Positions 47,501 through 54,299 of a stretch of 64,000 nt of DNA are shown here, in pieces. Under the pieces are notes generated by a model. That model had not been told where the DNA came from. It saw only the letters and a list, made by a program, of their open reading frames with translations, and did no database searches. How positions within the stretch are numbered: the first letter of the stretch is position 1; each line of letters opens with the position of its first letter. Location of the stretch: the NCBI GenBank assembly GCA_050733195.1, contig JBOHSH010000003.1, forward strand, positions 908 to 64,907, read 5' to 3'. This DNA is from Gemmatimonadales bacterium (GTDB lineage Bacteria; Gemmatimonadota; Gemmatimonadetes; Gemmatimonadales; GWC2-71-9). Made by a program: the position numbers and the translations under genes.

Positions 47501-47742
47501 AACCCGATCGCGCGCACCAGGAGACGCACGTCGCCCGCCACGGTGCGGATGTGGAAGGAACCGTCCGGGGCCGTGCGGGCGACCCCCAGCCCGCCCACCT
47601 CGGAGACCGTGACTTCGGCCATCGGGCTGCTGTTCGCGCCGCGAAGCACTTTCCCCGTGATCTCCCGGCCCTGAGCCACGGCCAGGTCGGGCACGAGCGC
47701 CATGGCGGCCAGCACGAGTGCCCCCGTGAAGCGTCTACCCAT
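44596..47742 (-). CDS. SusC/RagA-family TonB-linked outer membrane protein
   Basis: ATG 47742 preceded by AGGA. Signal peptide, CarboxypepD_reg-like domain (ITGKVL...APDGSFHI), plug (ALQGKVLG...VTIRGVTSI...PLFVVDGV), a ~800-aa barrel and a terminal aromatic residue (VDVGW). Confidence 0.88.
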   Translation of the reverse strand: MGRRFTGALVLAAMALVPDLAVAQGREITGKVLRGANSSPMAEVTVSEVGGLGVARTAPDGSFHIRTVAGDVRLLVRAIGFQRKEVLVNAGENTVEVRLEEDPFRLEEVVVTGQTTTLERRNATTAVAKVASDELTNAPAQALEQALQGKVLGATISMNSGAPGGGGQVTIRGVTSILGQGQPLFVVDGVIISNDAFSAGANSVTGAGGRTTAAGIGGSQDALVNRLADLNPAEIESVEILKSAAATAIYGSRATNGVVVIRTKRGAPGTPSFNATGRIGTSRAYRLLGTRQFTTVEQVLNIPYGNGATGEAVLNQLYPNGTIPRTRNYLEEFYDNSTPSHELTVSYSGGSQGTQYFVNVTERNETGTAPNTSAKLRALRTNIDQSFADGKFKFNVGLNITQNVLNRGLSNNDNTCTSPIYCFGYTPGVINLDSITPSGLYVRNPFNGGGRDVSNPFETFEFLKLEDESFRQTGNLTGTWSAVNLEKHQVSLTLTGGFDRAQVSGDLFSPAFLQYENPAATDGFSGRSVRTEGNILNYNGSLVANWGFQPTRSVSLTTSVGLTYENQYNRVVRTRARGLLPGVETSNSGTVLDYSDGVIEFRDEAFFINEQILALDDRLALTGGVRADRSSANGDRDKFYYFPRASASYRIPDISTMVNEVKLRAGWGHTGNRPNYAARDLLLASGGVIGGNATLVQAGTAGNPQVKPETLSEIEGGIDLTLANRRLQFEGTLYRRKITDLLLQPATIPSGGLGARFINGGELSNRGIELGLSYVAVQRRDLDWNLRATWQKNKQEIKSLPADVPRFPAPGSFGAAFGRNFITSGGRTTWIWGNVPLDANLNPLPIGVRITNPSSVALTRDTVAADANPDFVMNFNSLLTWKRLSLALTMDWRQGGYVANMTRTLWDEGGTSRDYDDPVSSDIFHSDWDLDVPSGLACGNGTEECTAGPYRYGAWSNGSDVRAYLEDGGFLRVRDVSVSYEMPNRIARALGGRTMRLTFQARNPFMFTGYWSFDPEFNNFGATNLNRFIDLAPFPSMRQFFFSVDVGW

Positions 47743-47931
47743 CTCGCTACGTCCTTTCGGCTGGTGAGTCGAACAGCCTGTGCTGCGAACCACGATCGGA
47801 TTAGCTCCTCAGTGCTGAGGAGCTTTGAGCGTATCCCGTTTCAGGGGGTAGGCCCCCCGCGGTTAGCTGGGCGGGGCGCCGGCCATAGGCTACCGCGCGC
47901 ATCTCGGAATCGCAATGGGACGAGAGGTACG

Positions 47932-49296
47932 CTACTTCGGCTGATTCGGCACGCCGCGGCGGGTCCAGATCAGGATGATGCCGCAACCGCTGTCGCGCCG
48001 CTGGTATTGCTGGGGAGCGCTGAAGAGGTTGGAGTAGACCTCAATGGCGAGGACCTCGGCCGGCACGACCGGGAGCGTCACGGTCGCGTTGGGGGGCAGC
48101 GGGAAGTACCCGCCGTCGATGTAGTAGGAGGGCTGGCAGTAGCGGGATAGGCGGGGATTCAGGACTTGACCCTGGCCGCGCTGGAACTCGACGATGTACC
48201 CCATGCCGCTCGGGCGGAGCAGGATGCCCGGCACGAGGCGGAAGACCTCCTCCATGCGCGCGGCACCGGTGCGGGCGATATCGGTCGTATCCAGGAAGTG
48301 GCCGAGCGCCGCCTTGCGCCGGCGCTCGAAGCCGATCGTCTCCAAGTGGGATCGCGCGGTGACGGTAATCGGCTCGAGCACCTGCACCGAGTCACCGAGC
48401 TCGATGCTCACGCGCTCGACCTGCCCGGGCGAGACGCTGGTCTGCACGCGGGCGGCCTCGTAGCCGATCGCGCGCGCCTCGATGATGCGGGATCCGCTGG
48501 CCACTTCCCGCAGCAGGAAGCGTCCCGAAGCGTCGACCTCGGTCCGGGCCCCGCTGCCGAGCGCCATCACGATGGTGCCGGGGACGGCGGCGCCGCTCCG
48601 CGTGCGCACCACGCCGATCACCGCTCCCACGGAAGGGTTTCGCGCGAGATCCAGGTCGATGCGTCCGAACGAGCGTCCGGCGAGGTCCACCGACAGCATG
48701 CCCGCCGGGCCGCCTCCGGCGGTCTGCCCGCTGACCAGGACCACGACGTCGGTCGGCACCGTGCACAGCACCACCCGTCCCGAGCTGTCGGACCGCGCGG
48801 CAACGCGTTGCGGCTCCCAGCGGTTCGCTCCCCCGAGGTCGAACATCGTCCACTCGGCCGTCACCACGGCGTCCGCCAGCGGGCTGCCCCCCGGTCCGTC
48901 GCGGACCAGCCCGAGCACGACTCCCGTGTTTCGTCGCGGATCCCGGGGACAAAGGGCGGTGTGCACGGCTCGGGGGCTGGGCGTCGCCAGGTGCGCGACG
49001 CCCGGCTGGCCCGGCTCCGTCACGACGGTCACCGGCCGGGCGGAGAGCCGGCTCGAGTCGAGGACCGGATGATAGAAGGTGAGCGTGTAACGGCCCGGCC
49101 TGAGACGCCCGAACTCGAAGCGTCCCTGCGGATCGGTGCGGACCGTCCGATTGGTCCCTTCGAGCCACACCTCGGCGCCGCCGAGCGGTCCTGCCGTGAG
49201 GAGGCTGTCGTACACGGTGCCTCTCACGATCGCGCTGTCGCCCGGGGCCTGGGCCGCCGCGGCGAGCGAGGTGAGGGCGCCGAGGAGCGCGATCAC
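47932..49296 (-). CDS. secreted protein with three CarboxypepD_reg-like domains and a C-terminal barrel-less plug-like domain
   Basis: GTG 49296 overlaps the pgsA stop (GTGA); the rest of track ORF 47932..49950 overlaps pgsA. Repeats include VRGTVYDS...TDPQGRFEFGRLRPGRYTL. The C-terminus CGIILIWTRRG resembles the end of the 35235 protein. Confidence 0.7.
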   Translation of the reverse strand: MIALLGALTSLAAAAQAPGDSAIVRGTVYDSLLTAGPLGGAEVWLEGTNRTVRTDPQGRFEFGRLRPGRYTLTFYHPVLDSSRLSARPVTVVTEPGQPGVAHLATPSPRAVHTALCPRDPRRNTGVVLGLVRDGPGGSPLADAVVTAEWTMFDLGGANRWEPQRVAARSDSSGRVVLCTVPTDVVVLVSGQTAGGGPAGMLSVDLAGRSFGRIDLDLARNPSVGAVIGVVRTRSGAAVPGTIVMALGSGARTEVDASGRFLLREVASGSRIIEARAIGYEAARVQTSVSPGQVERVSIELGDSVQVLEPITVTARSHLETIGFERRRKAALGHFLDTTDIARTGAARMEEVFRLVPGILLRPSGMGYIVEFQRGQGQVLNPRLSRYCQPSYYIDGGYFPLPPNATVTLPVVPAEVLAIEVYSNLFSAPQQYQRRDSGCGIILIWTRRGVPNQPK

Positions 49297-49931
49297 CGCT
49301 GCTCCATCGAGAACAGGCTTCGGTAGCGGTAGAGGTAGATCAGGAACGAATAGACGGTGAGCACCGCCGCGACCGCGAGACTCGCCGCCACGAAGCCGCC
49401 GTGGAACTGGTTCCACCACCGCGCGGCGGCGTCCCGCTCCCACCCCATCGGGCGGATCGCGTCGCGGAAAGCGAACCAGGCGATCGCGCCCCCGATGAAG
49501 ATGCTCTGGAACACCGTCTTGAGCTTGCCCGGACCCTGCGCGGCGATGATCACCCCGCGCCGCTCGGCCCACACGCGGAAGACCGTCATCGCGATCTCGC
49601 GGCCGATCAGGAGGAGGCAGACCCAGAGCGGAATGCTTCCCCACACGGGGATGCCGTAGTGCTCCTGGCGCTGGTGGGAGATGTACCAGATGGGCAGGAG
49701 GGTCGCGAGCAGCAGCAGCTTGTCGGCCAGCGGATCGAGCTTCTTCCCGAGATCCGTCACCAGGTTCCGCCGGCGCGCGAGCCGCCCGTCGATCACGTCC
49801 GAGACTGCCGCCGCGATGAACACCACGAAGCAGAGGATCTTGGGCCAGTAGCCGTCGATGAACGGCAGCGCCGCGATCAGGGGCGTGATCGCGATGCGGG
49901 CCACGGTGAGGAGGTTCGGGAGCGTCCACAT
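49293..49931 (-). CDS. pgsA: CDP-diacylglycerol--glycerol-3-phosphate 3-phosphatidyltransferase (CDP-alcohol phosphatidyltransferase family)
   Basis: NLLTVARI plus the DGxxARxxxxxxxxGxxxDxxxD motif (DVIDGRLARRRNLVTDLGKKLDPLADK). Confidence 0.88.
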   Translation of the reverse strand: MWTLPNLLTVARIAITPLIAALPFIDGYWPKILCFVVFIAAAVSDVIDGRLARRRNLVTDLGKKLDPLADKLLLLATLLPIWYISHQRQEHYGIPVWGSIPLWVCLLLIGREIAMTVFRVWAERRGVIIAAQGPGKLKTVFQSIFIGGAIAWFAFRDAIRPMGWERDAAARWWNQFHGGFVAASLAVAAVLTVYSFLIYLYRYRSLFSMEQR

Positions 49932-49937
49932 AACCGC

Positions 49938-50034
49938 GGTGAACGGTCAACGGGGAACAGTGAACGGGTCTCCCGGCCGGGGCAACCCCGTCCAGCCGTT
50001 CCCCGTTCCCCGTTCCCCGTTCACCGTTTACCCC
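49938..50034. repeat. inverted tandem heptamer arrays (GGNGAAC x4 / CCGTTNN x5) with GC-palindromic spacer
   Basis: Left arm 49938-49968. Right arm has CCGTT cores at 49996, 50003, 50010, 50017 and 50024. Lies between the mglA stop (50028, inside the array) and the pgsA start (49931). Confidence 0.88.
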
Positions 50035-50702
50035 AGAGTCTTCAGGACGAGCTTCGAGACCGCCCGCAGGGTATCAAACACCCCGTCGCCCCGGAGCGCC
50101 ACCGCCTCGAAGTAGGCGCACCGCTCGATCCAGGTGCCGTCCACCTCCTGAACGAGCATTTCGCCCGGGCGATTCGGATCGGCGAGCGGCCGCTGGCGCG
50201 CCGGGTCCTCGGCCGGCCAGCCGGGGTTCAGGGCGTCCTGGAGCACCTGGATCGGCGAGGCGTTCGGGAGATCCCGCTTGTTGTACTGGACCACGAACGG
50301 AATGCGGGTCAGGTCCAGCCCGTGCTGCGCCATGTTGTCGTACAGGTTCTGCATCGACTCGATGTTCGCCTCCATCCGCTCGAGCTGGCTGTCGGCCACG
50401 AAGACCACGCCGTCGACGCCCTTGAGGATGAGCTTCCGCGAGGCGTTGTAGTACACCTGCCCCGGCACGGTATAAAGGTGGAACCGGGTCTTGAACCCGC
50501 GGATGGTGCCCAGGTCCACGGGGAGGAAATCGAAGAACAGGGTGCGCTCCGTCTCGGTCGCGAGCGAGATCATCTTGCCCTTCGAGGCGGGAGCGACCTT
50601 CTCGTAGATGTACTCGAGATTGGTCGTCTTCCCGCCCAGGCCGGGGCCGTAGTAGACGAGCTTGCAGTTGATCTCGCGCGAGGCGTAGTTGATGAGCGAC
50701 AT
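50028..50702 (-). CDS. mglA: Ras-like GTPase MglA
   Basis: Matches my recollection of Myxococcus MglA along the whole length: [69 protein letters not shown] and GVFDTLRAV. It carries an extra ~30-35 aa (about aa 160-195). Confidence 0.9.
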   Translation of the reverse strand: MSLINYASREINCKLVYYGPGLGGKTTNLEYIYEKVAPASKGKMISLATETERTLFFDFLPVDLGTIRGFKTRFHLYTVPGQVYYNASRKLILKGVDGVVFVADSQLERMEANIESMQNLYDNMAQHGLDLTRIPFVVQYNKRDLPNASPIQVLQDALNPGWPAEDPARQRPLADPNRPGEMLVQEVDGTWIERCAYFEAVALRGDGVFDTLRAVSKLVLKTLG

Positions 50703-50714
50703 GCCTCTCCCGGC

Positions 50715-51209
50715 TCAGCTCCCGAACAGTTTGTCGATCTCGTCCTCGGCTTCGCCCACGAATCCCGTCTCCATGCGACGCTCTCCGGAAGCGTCCCGCG
50801 CGAACATCTCCGTGAAGACCGCGGACAGCCGCTCGACCACGGTGCGGACCCTGAGCTTCACGAGGCCCAGCGTGGTGCGGTTGTCGAACAGCACCACGAG
50901 GATGACCCGGCGCGCGACGTCGGCCAGGTAGAGGGAGTCCTTCTCGCCCTGGTGGAAAAGACTGCCGAACTCGTTCTCGCCCAGCATCCGCGCGAGCTGA
51001 TCGTTGGCGCTGAAGTCGGCGGCGGTGAGGGAGGCGAACGCGATGGGATCGAAATGGGGATCCTCGCCCACCGTCGCCAGCATCTGCCCGTTGCGGTCGA
51101 CGAGCAGCGCGGTCCGGGCGTTGGCCTCGCGCAGGAGGGCGTTCAGCAGCCCCCCGATGCGGGCGGCGTCGTCCTCGCGAAACGACCAGCTGGACGCGCC
51201 GGCCGTCAT
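50715..51209 (-). CDS. mglB: MglB (Roadblock/LC7-fold GTPase-activating partner of MglA)
   Basis: ATG 51209 overlaps the upstream stop (ATGA). 165 aa with a roadblock-like pattern (ALLVDRNGQMLATVG...SLYLADV) and an acidic C-terminal tail. Lies immediately upstream of mglA. Confidence 0.75.
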   Translation of the reverse strand: MTAGASSWSFREDDAARIGGLLNALLREANARTALLVDRNGQMLATVGEDPHFDPIAFASLTAADFSANDQLARMLGENEFGSLFHQGEKDSLYLADVARRVILVVLFDNRTTLGLVKLRVRTVVERLSAVFTEMFARDASGERRMETGFVGEAEDEIDKLFGS

Positions 51210-51478
51210 CCGAGCGCGAGCTCCAGACTCCGGATGACCCGCTGGGCGCGGCGGCGAAGGATGGGATGCGGCTCCCACGCGACGTAGTCCCGCAGCAGCC
51301 GCACATTCTCGGGGGTCGGGCGCCCCGCCAGGTAGCCGAGGGCGGCATGGCGCCGTCTCGCCCGGCGACTGAAGAGGGCGGCCCGGTGTCGCACGAGGTA
51401 GCGGTCCGCCATCGCCCACCCCGCCACGAGTCCCGCGGCGGCCACCAGAAGCACGACCAGCGGCCGCGCGAGCTTCAC
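51206..51478 (-). CDS. small membrane-anchored protein (90 aa) with HEAT-like repeat
   Basis: GTG 51478 overlaps the recR stop (GTGA), and its own stop overlaps the mglB start. TM segment PLVVLLVAAAGLVAGWAM, then RRRHAALGYLAGRPTPENVRLLRDYVAWEPHPILRRRAQRVI. Confidence 0.55.
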   Translation of the reverse strand: MKLARPLVVLLVAAAGLVAGWAMADRYLVRHRAALFSRRARRRHAALGYLAGRPTPENVRLLRDYVAWEPHPILRRRAQRVIRSLELALG

Positions 51479-52065
51479 GAGACCTCCTGACGCGCTTCGA
51501 GGGCGTGGCTCAAGGTGACTCCATCGATGTATTCGAGATCGCCGCCGACCGGCAGGCCCCGGGCAAGGCGCGTGACCCGGATTCCGCGCCCTTCCAGCAA
51601 GTGGTGAATGTAGGTAGCTGTCGCCTCACCCTCCAGGGAGGGATTGGTGGCGAGGATGACTTCGCGCACGCCGCCCGCCCCGATGCGACGCTCGAGGAGA
51701 TCGAGCCGCAGCCGTTCGGGGCCGACGCCGTCGAGCGGCGAGAGCCGCCCGCCGAGCACGAGGTAGCGTCCCCGGAATCCCGTGGCCCGTTCGACCACCG
51801 CGACCCCCGACGGCTCCTCCACCACGCAGAGGATCGCGGCATCGCGTCGTGGATCGGCGCAGACCGCGCAGCGCTCCTCCTCGGTGAAGTTGCCGCACTC
51901 GGGACAGGGATGAACCCGGCTGGCGACGGCACGAAGCGCCTGAGCGAGACGGTCCGCCCGTTCCCGCGGCTGCTGGAGGAGGTGAAAGGTGAGGCGCTGG
52001 GCTGTCTTCTGCCCGATGCCCGGAAGACGGGCCAGCTCGGTGATGAGCTCGTCGATGACGCCCAC
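51475..52065 (-). CDS. recR: recombination protein RecR
   Basis: LPGIGQKTAQRL (HhH), zinc finger CPECGNFTEEERCAVC and a Toprim region (VVE...ILATNPSLEGEATA). Confidence 0.93.
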   Translation of the reverse strand: MGVIDELITELARLPGIGQKTAQRLTFHLLQQPRERADRLAQALRAVASRVHPCPECGNFTEEERCAVCADPRRDAAILCVVEEPSGVAVVERATGFRGRYLVLGGRLSPLDGVGPERLRLDLLERRIGAGGVREVILATNPSLEGEATATYIHHLLEGRGIRVTRLARGLPVGGDLEYIDGVTLSHALEARQEVS

Positions 52066-52069
52066 CGCC

Positions 52070-52399
52070 TCAGAGCCCCCCGAAGGGGACCGACGAGGCA
52101 GGTGCGTGAGTGCCGGCGGGGAGCTTACGGATCTCGGACTGAACGAGGTCGGCTGCCCGTCGCTGCGCTTCCGCCACGGCGCCGAGAATCAGGTCCGCGA
52201 GCAGCTCGGGGTCCCGGCCTTCGAAGGCGAGCGGATCGATATCGAGCGCGCGGAGGAGTCCCCGCCCGTCCACTTTCGCGCGGACGAGGCCGGCTCCCGC
52301 CGTGACTTCGATCGTCCGGTCGGCGAGCTCCGACTGCAGCTGCTGGAGCCGCCCCTGGACTTGCTGGCCGAGCTGGAAAAGATGATGGAAATCCGCCAT
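52070..52399 (-). CDS. ybaB: YbaB/EbfC-family nucleoid-associated protein
   Basis: 109 aa with LQQLQSEL...VEVTAGAGLVRAKVDGRG, in the conserved position between dnaX and recR. Confidence 0.85.
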   Translation of the reverse strand: MADFHHLFQLGQQVQGRLQQLQSELADRTIEVTAGAGLVRAKVDGRGLLRALDIDPLAFEGRDPELLADLILGAVAEAQRRAADLVQSEIRKLPAGTHAPASSVPFGGL

Positions 52400-52440
52400 G
52401 ACGTTCCGATATGCCTGCGTGTCGCGGCCCCGTCATCGAC

Positions 52441-54123
52441 TCACGGTGCGCGGGAGGCCGGACCCTCGTCCACGATTTCCAAATCTAACGCATCGGCCGC
52501 GATGTCGAGGGCCTTGTCGAGGCGCCGGAGCCTGGCCAGCTTCTCAGCCTGTAAGTCATTTTTGGTCACTCGCTTAGCCGGTTCGGCCGGAGGCCCCTGA
52601 GAGGCCCCGACCGCCACCCGGATGCGGACCGGACTCTTGAGCTTCGAGACGAGGACCTCTTCGATCAGCGCGCGCTGTCGACTCACCCCTTCGACCTGGA
52701 TCGCCTGCTCGGGACCCGCCTGCAGAACGAGCTCATCGCGGTCGAGAGCGCTCGGAAGCGTTGCGGCCATGGCCTCGGCGGTCAGGGCGCTCCGCTCGCG
52801 CACGGCGGCGATCAGCTCGGGCCATGCGGCACGGACGGCGTCCAGCGTGACGGCCAGACGGCCGGGCGGCCCGACGGCCGATGGGTCACGTGATCCCTCG
52901 CTCCGGACGGGAGGAGCGGACTGGTGCCGGTCGGGTTCGGGTGAAGAGGGTCCTCGTGAACCGGGACCCGCTCCCGATGATCCGGTCGCCAGAGCGCCCG
53001 ACCGGAGCATCTCTTCCAGATCCACCAGCCGGTCCATCACCGTCCACCGGAGGAGGAGCGTCTCCACCACGATCCGCGCCGCGGCGGACCGCCGGATGGA
53101 GGCCTCCGCCTCGGCGAGCAGGGTGAGCATGCGGACGACGTCGCCGGCGGCGAGCGTGCCGCGCGCGCGACCGATCGCCTCCCGCAGCGCCTCGGTCAGC
53201 CCCTCCGGCTCGACGCCGGTCTGCGCCATGAGCAGCGCCCGGAGCACGTCGGCGGTGCCGGCCATGACCTCGACCAGGTCCGCGCCTTCGTTGACCAGCC
53301 GTTCGATCAGCGGAAAGACGGCGGCCGTGTCCCGATCGGCGACGAGGCGCAGGACTTCCGTGTACACGTCGTCTCCCACCAGGCCCAGCACCTGCCGGAC
53401 GTCATTCGCGCCGATCGAGCCCTCACCGAACGACAGGCACTGATCCAGCACCGACAGGGCGTCACGCATCCCGCCGTCGGCATACCGGGCGATCAGCGCG
53501 AGGGCGTCCGGATCGGCGGAGAGACCTTCGGCGGTGAGCACCTGCTGGAGGCGCGCCCTGATGGGGCCGGGGCCGATCCGGCGGAAGTCGAAGCGCTGGA
53601 GGCGGGAGAGGACCGGTGCCGCCGTCGCGGCGATCTTCTGCGGCTCGGTCGTCGCGAAGACGAAGACGACGCCGGGAGGCGGCTCCTCGAGGATCTTGAG
53701 GAGCGCGTTCCATGCCTCCCGCGTGAGCATGTGGGCCTCGTCCACGATGTACACCTTGTGGCGGCCCTCCTGGGACGCGGCGTACATCGCGCGCTCCCGG
53801 AGCTCCCGCGCGTCGTCCACGCCGCGGTTGGAGGCGGCGTCGATCTCGACGACGTCGAGGTTCGCTCCCCCGCTCCAGATCCGCTGGCAGCTGGCGCACT
53901 CGCCGCAGGGCTCCCCCGACTCCGCCTTTCGCCGCTCGCAATTAAGGGCCATGGCGAGAATCCGCGCCGCAGTCGTCTTGCCCGTCCCGCGCGGGCCGGT
54001 CAGGAGGTAGCCGTGCCCCACGCGGCCTTTGGCGACCGCGCCCCGGAGTGCGGCGGCGACGTGATCCTGGACCAGCAGCTCGGCGAAGCGGCGGGGACGG
54101 TACTTCCGGGCGAGAGCGATCAT
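52441..54123 (-). CDS. dnaX: DNA polymerase III subunits gamma/tau
   Basis: Start set to ATG 54123 (MIALARKYRPRRFAELLVQDHV), the typical DnaX N-terminus. Motifs GPRGTGKTT, zinc module CGECASC and IVDEAHML. The longer track ORF (to 54171) would run through the SRP RNA hairpin. Confidence 0.9.
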   Translation of the reverse strand: MIALARKYRPRRFAELLVQDHVAAALRGAVAKGRVGHGYLLTGPRGTGKTTAARILAMALNCERRKAESGEPCGECASCQRIWSGGANLDVVEIDAASNRGVDDARELRERAMYAASQEGRHKVYIVDEAHMLTREAWNALLKILEEPPPGVVFVFATTEPQKIAATAAPVLSRLQRFDFRRIGPGPIRARLQQVLTAEGLSADPDALALIARYADGGMRDALSVLDQCLSFGEGSIGANDVRQVLGLVGDDVYTEVLRLVADRDTAAVFPLIERLVNEGADLVEVMAGTADVLRALLMAQTGVEPEGLTEALREAIGRARGTLAAGDVVRMLTLLAEAEASIRRSAAARIVVETLLLRWTVMDRLVDLEEMLRSGALATGSSGAGPGSRGPSSPEPDRHQSAPPVRSEGSRDPSAVGPPGRLAVTLDAVRAAWPELIAAVRERSALTAEAMAATLPSALDRDELVLQAGPEQAIQVEGVSRQRALIEEVLVSKLKSPVRIRVAVGASQGPPAEPAKRVTKNDLQAEKLARLRRLDKALDIAADALDLEIVDEGPASRAP

Positions 54124-54130
54124 GGCGACC

Positions 54131-54242
54131 AAAGAAAAGTGCCCCAGGCTCCCCGAAGCGACACCGGACATCGCTTAGCGCTGCTACCGGCGAGGTCCTG
54201 ACGCGGTTCGCGCGCCGGAGCCCTTCGGACCTGGGGCGGAGG
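54131..54242 (-). ncRNA. ffs: signal recognition particle RNA, small (4.5S) type
   Basis: On the minus strand a ~97-nt hairpin is closed by GCCCCAGG (54230-54237) and CCUGGGGC (54141-54148). The apex GUCAGG-ACC-UCGCC-GGU-AGCAGC matches the E. coli domain IV pattern GUCAGG-UCC-GGAA-GGA-AGCAGC, with a compensatory U-A to A-U swap. The downstream AGCAGCGCUAAGCGAUG resembles AGCAGCCAAGGCAGAUG, and a U-rich tail follows. The position upstream of dnaX-ybaB-recR is the same arrangement I recall for Bacillus. Confidence 0.7.
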
Positions 54243-54243
54243 A

Positions 54244-54271
54244 AATATAGCGGTGAACGGTGAACGGTGAA
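54244..54271 (-). promoter_or_regulatory. candidate promoter of ffs
   Basis: Minus strand: TTCACC (54271-54266), a 16-nt spacer, then TATATT (54249-54244), about 7 nt before the first paired G of the SRP hairpin. The -35 element is one unit of the GTTCACC heptamer array. Confidence 0.4.
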
Positions 54272-54287
54272 CAGGGAACGGTAACCC
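54251..54287. repeat. single-arm tandem heptamer array (CGGTGAA x3, CAGGGAA, CGGTAAC)
   Basis: Strict 7-nt period from 54251 to 54285. Lies between the M14 peptidase stop (54300) and the 5' end of ffs. Confidence 0.85.
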
Positions 54288-54299
54288 ACCGGTCCCCCT

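Noticed and set aside
47803-47824. The palindrome AGCTCCTCAGTGCTGAGGAGCT upstream of the SusC-like gene, which could be an operator or a terminator.
   Set aside because: It is a real perfect inverted repeat. However, there is no U-tract on either strand and no adjacent regulator gene, so I cannot assign a function from sequence alone.
47842-47858. A shared 15-16-mer hairpin, CAGGGG(G)TAGGCCCCCC, at 47842-47858 and 60094-60109, both intergenic.
   Set aside because: A rough estimate gives a few chance 15-mer matches in 64 kb on both strands at this composition. Two copies are not enough to call a repeat family. It is worth a genome-wide count only.
49297-49950. The N-terminal 218 codons of track ORF 47932..49950. 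A similar case is 37628-37987 of ORF 36053..37987.
   Set aside because: These extensions overlap pgsA and the GT2 gene in another frame and are R/P/G-rich. In both cases a GTG that overlaps the upstream stop (GTGA) gives a product starting with a signal peptide or with the conserved domain.
52441-54171. The longest-ORF start of dnaX at ATG 54171 (MSGVASGSLGHFSLVA...).
   Set aside because: The 16 extra codons are not DnaX-like and coincide exactly with the 3' half of the SRP RNA hairpin and its U-tail. The canonical N-terminus begins at ATG 54123.
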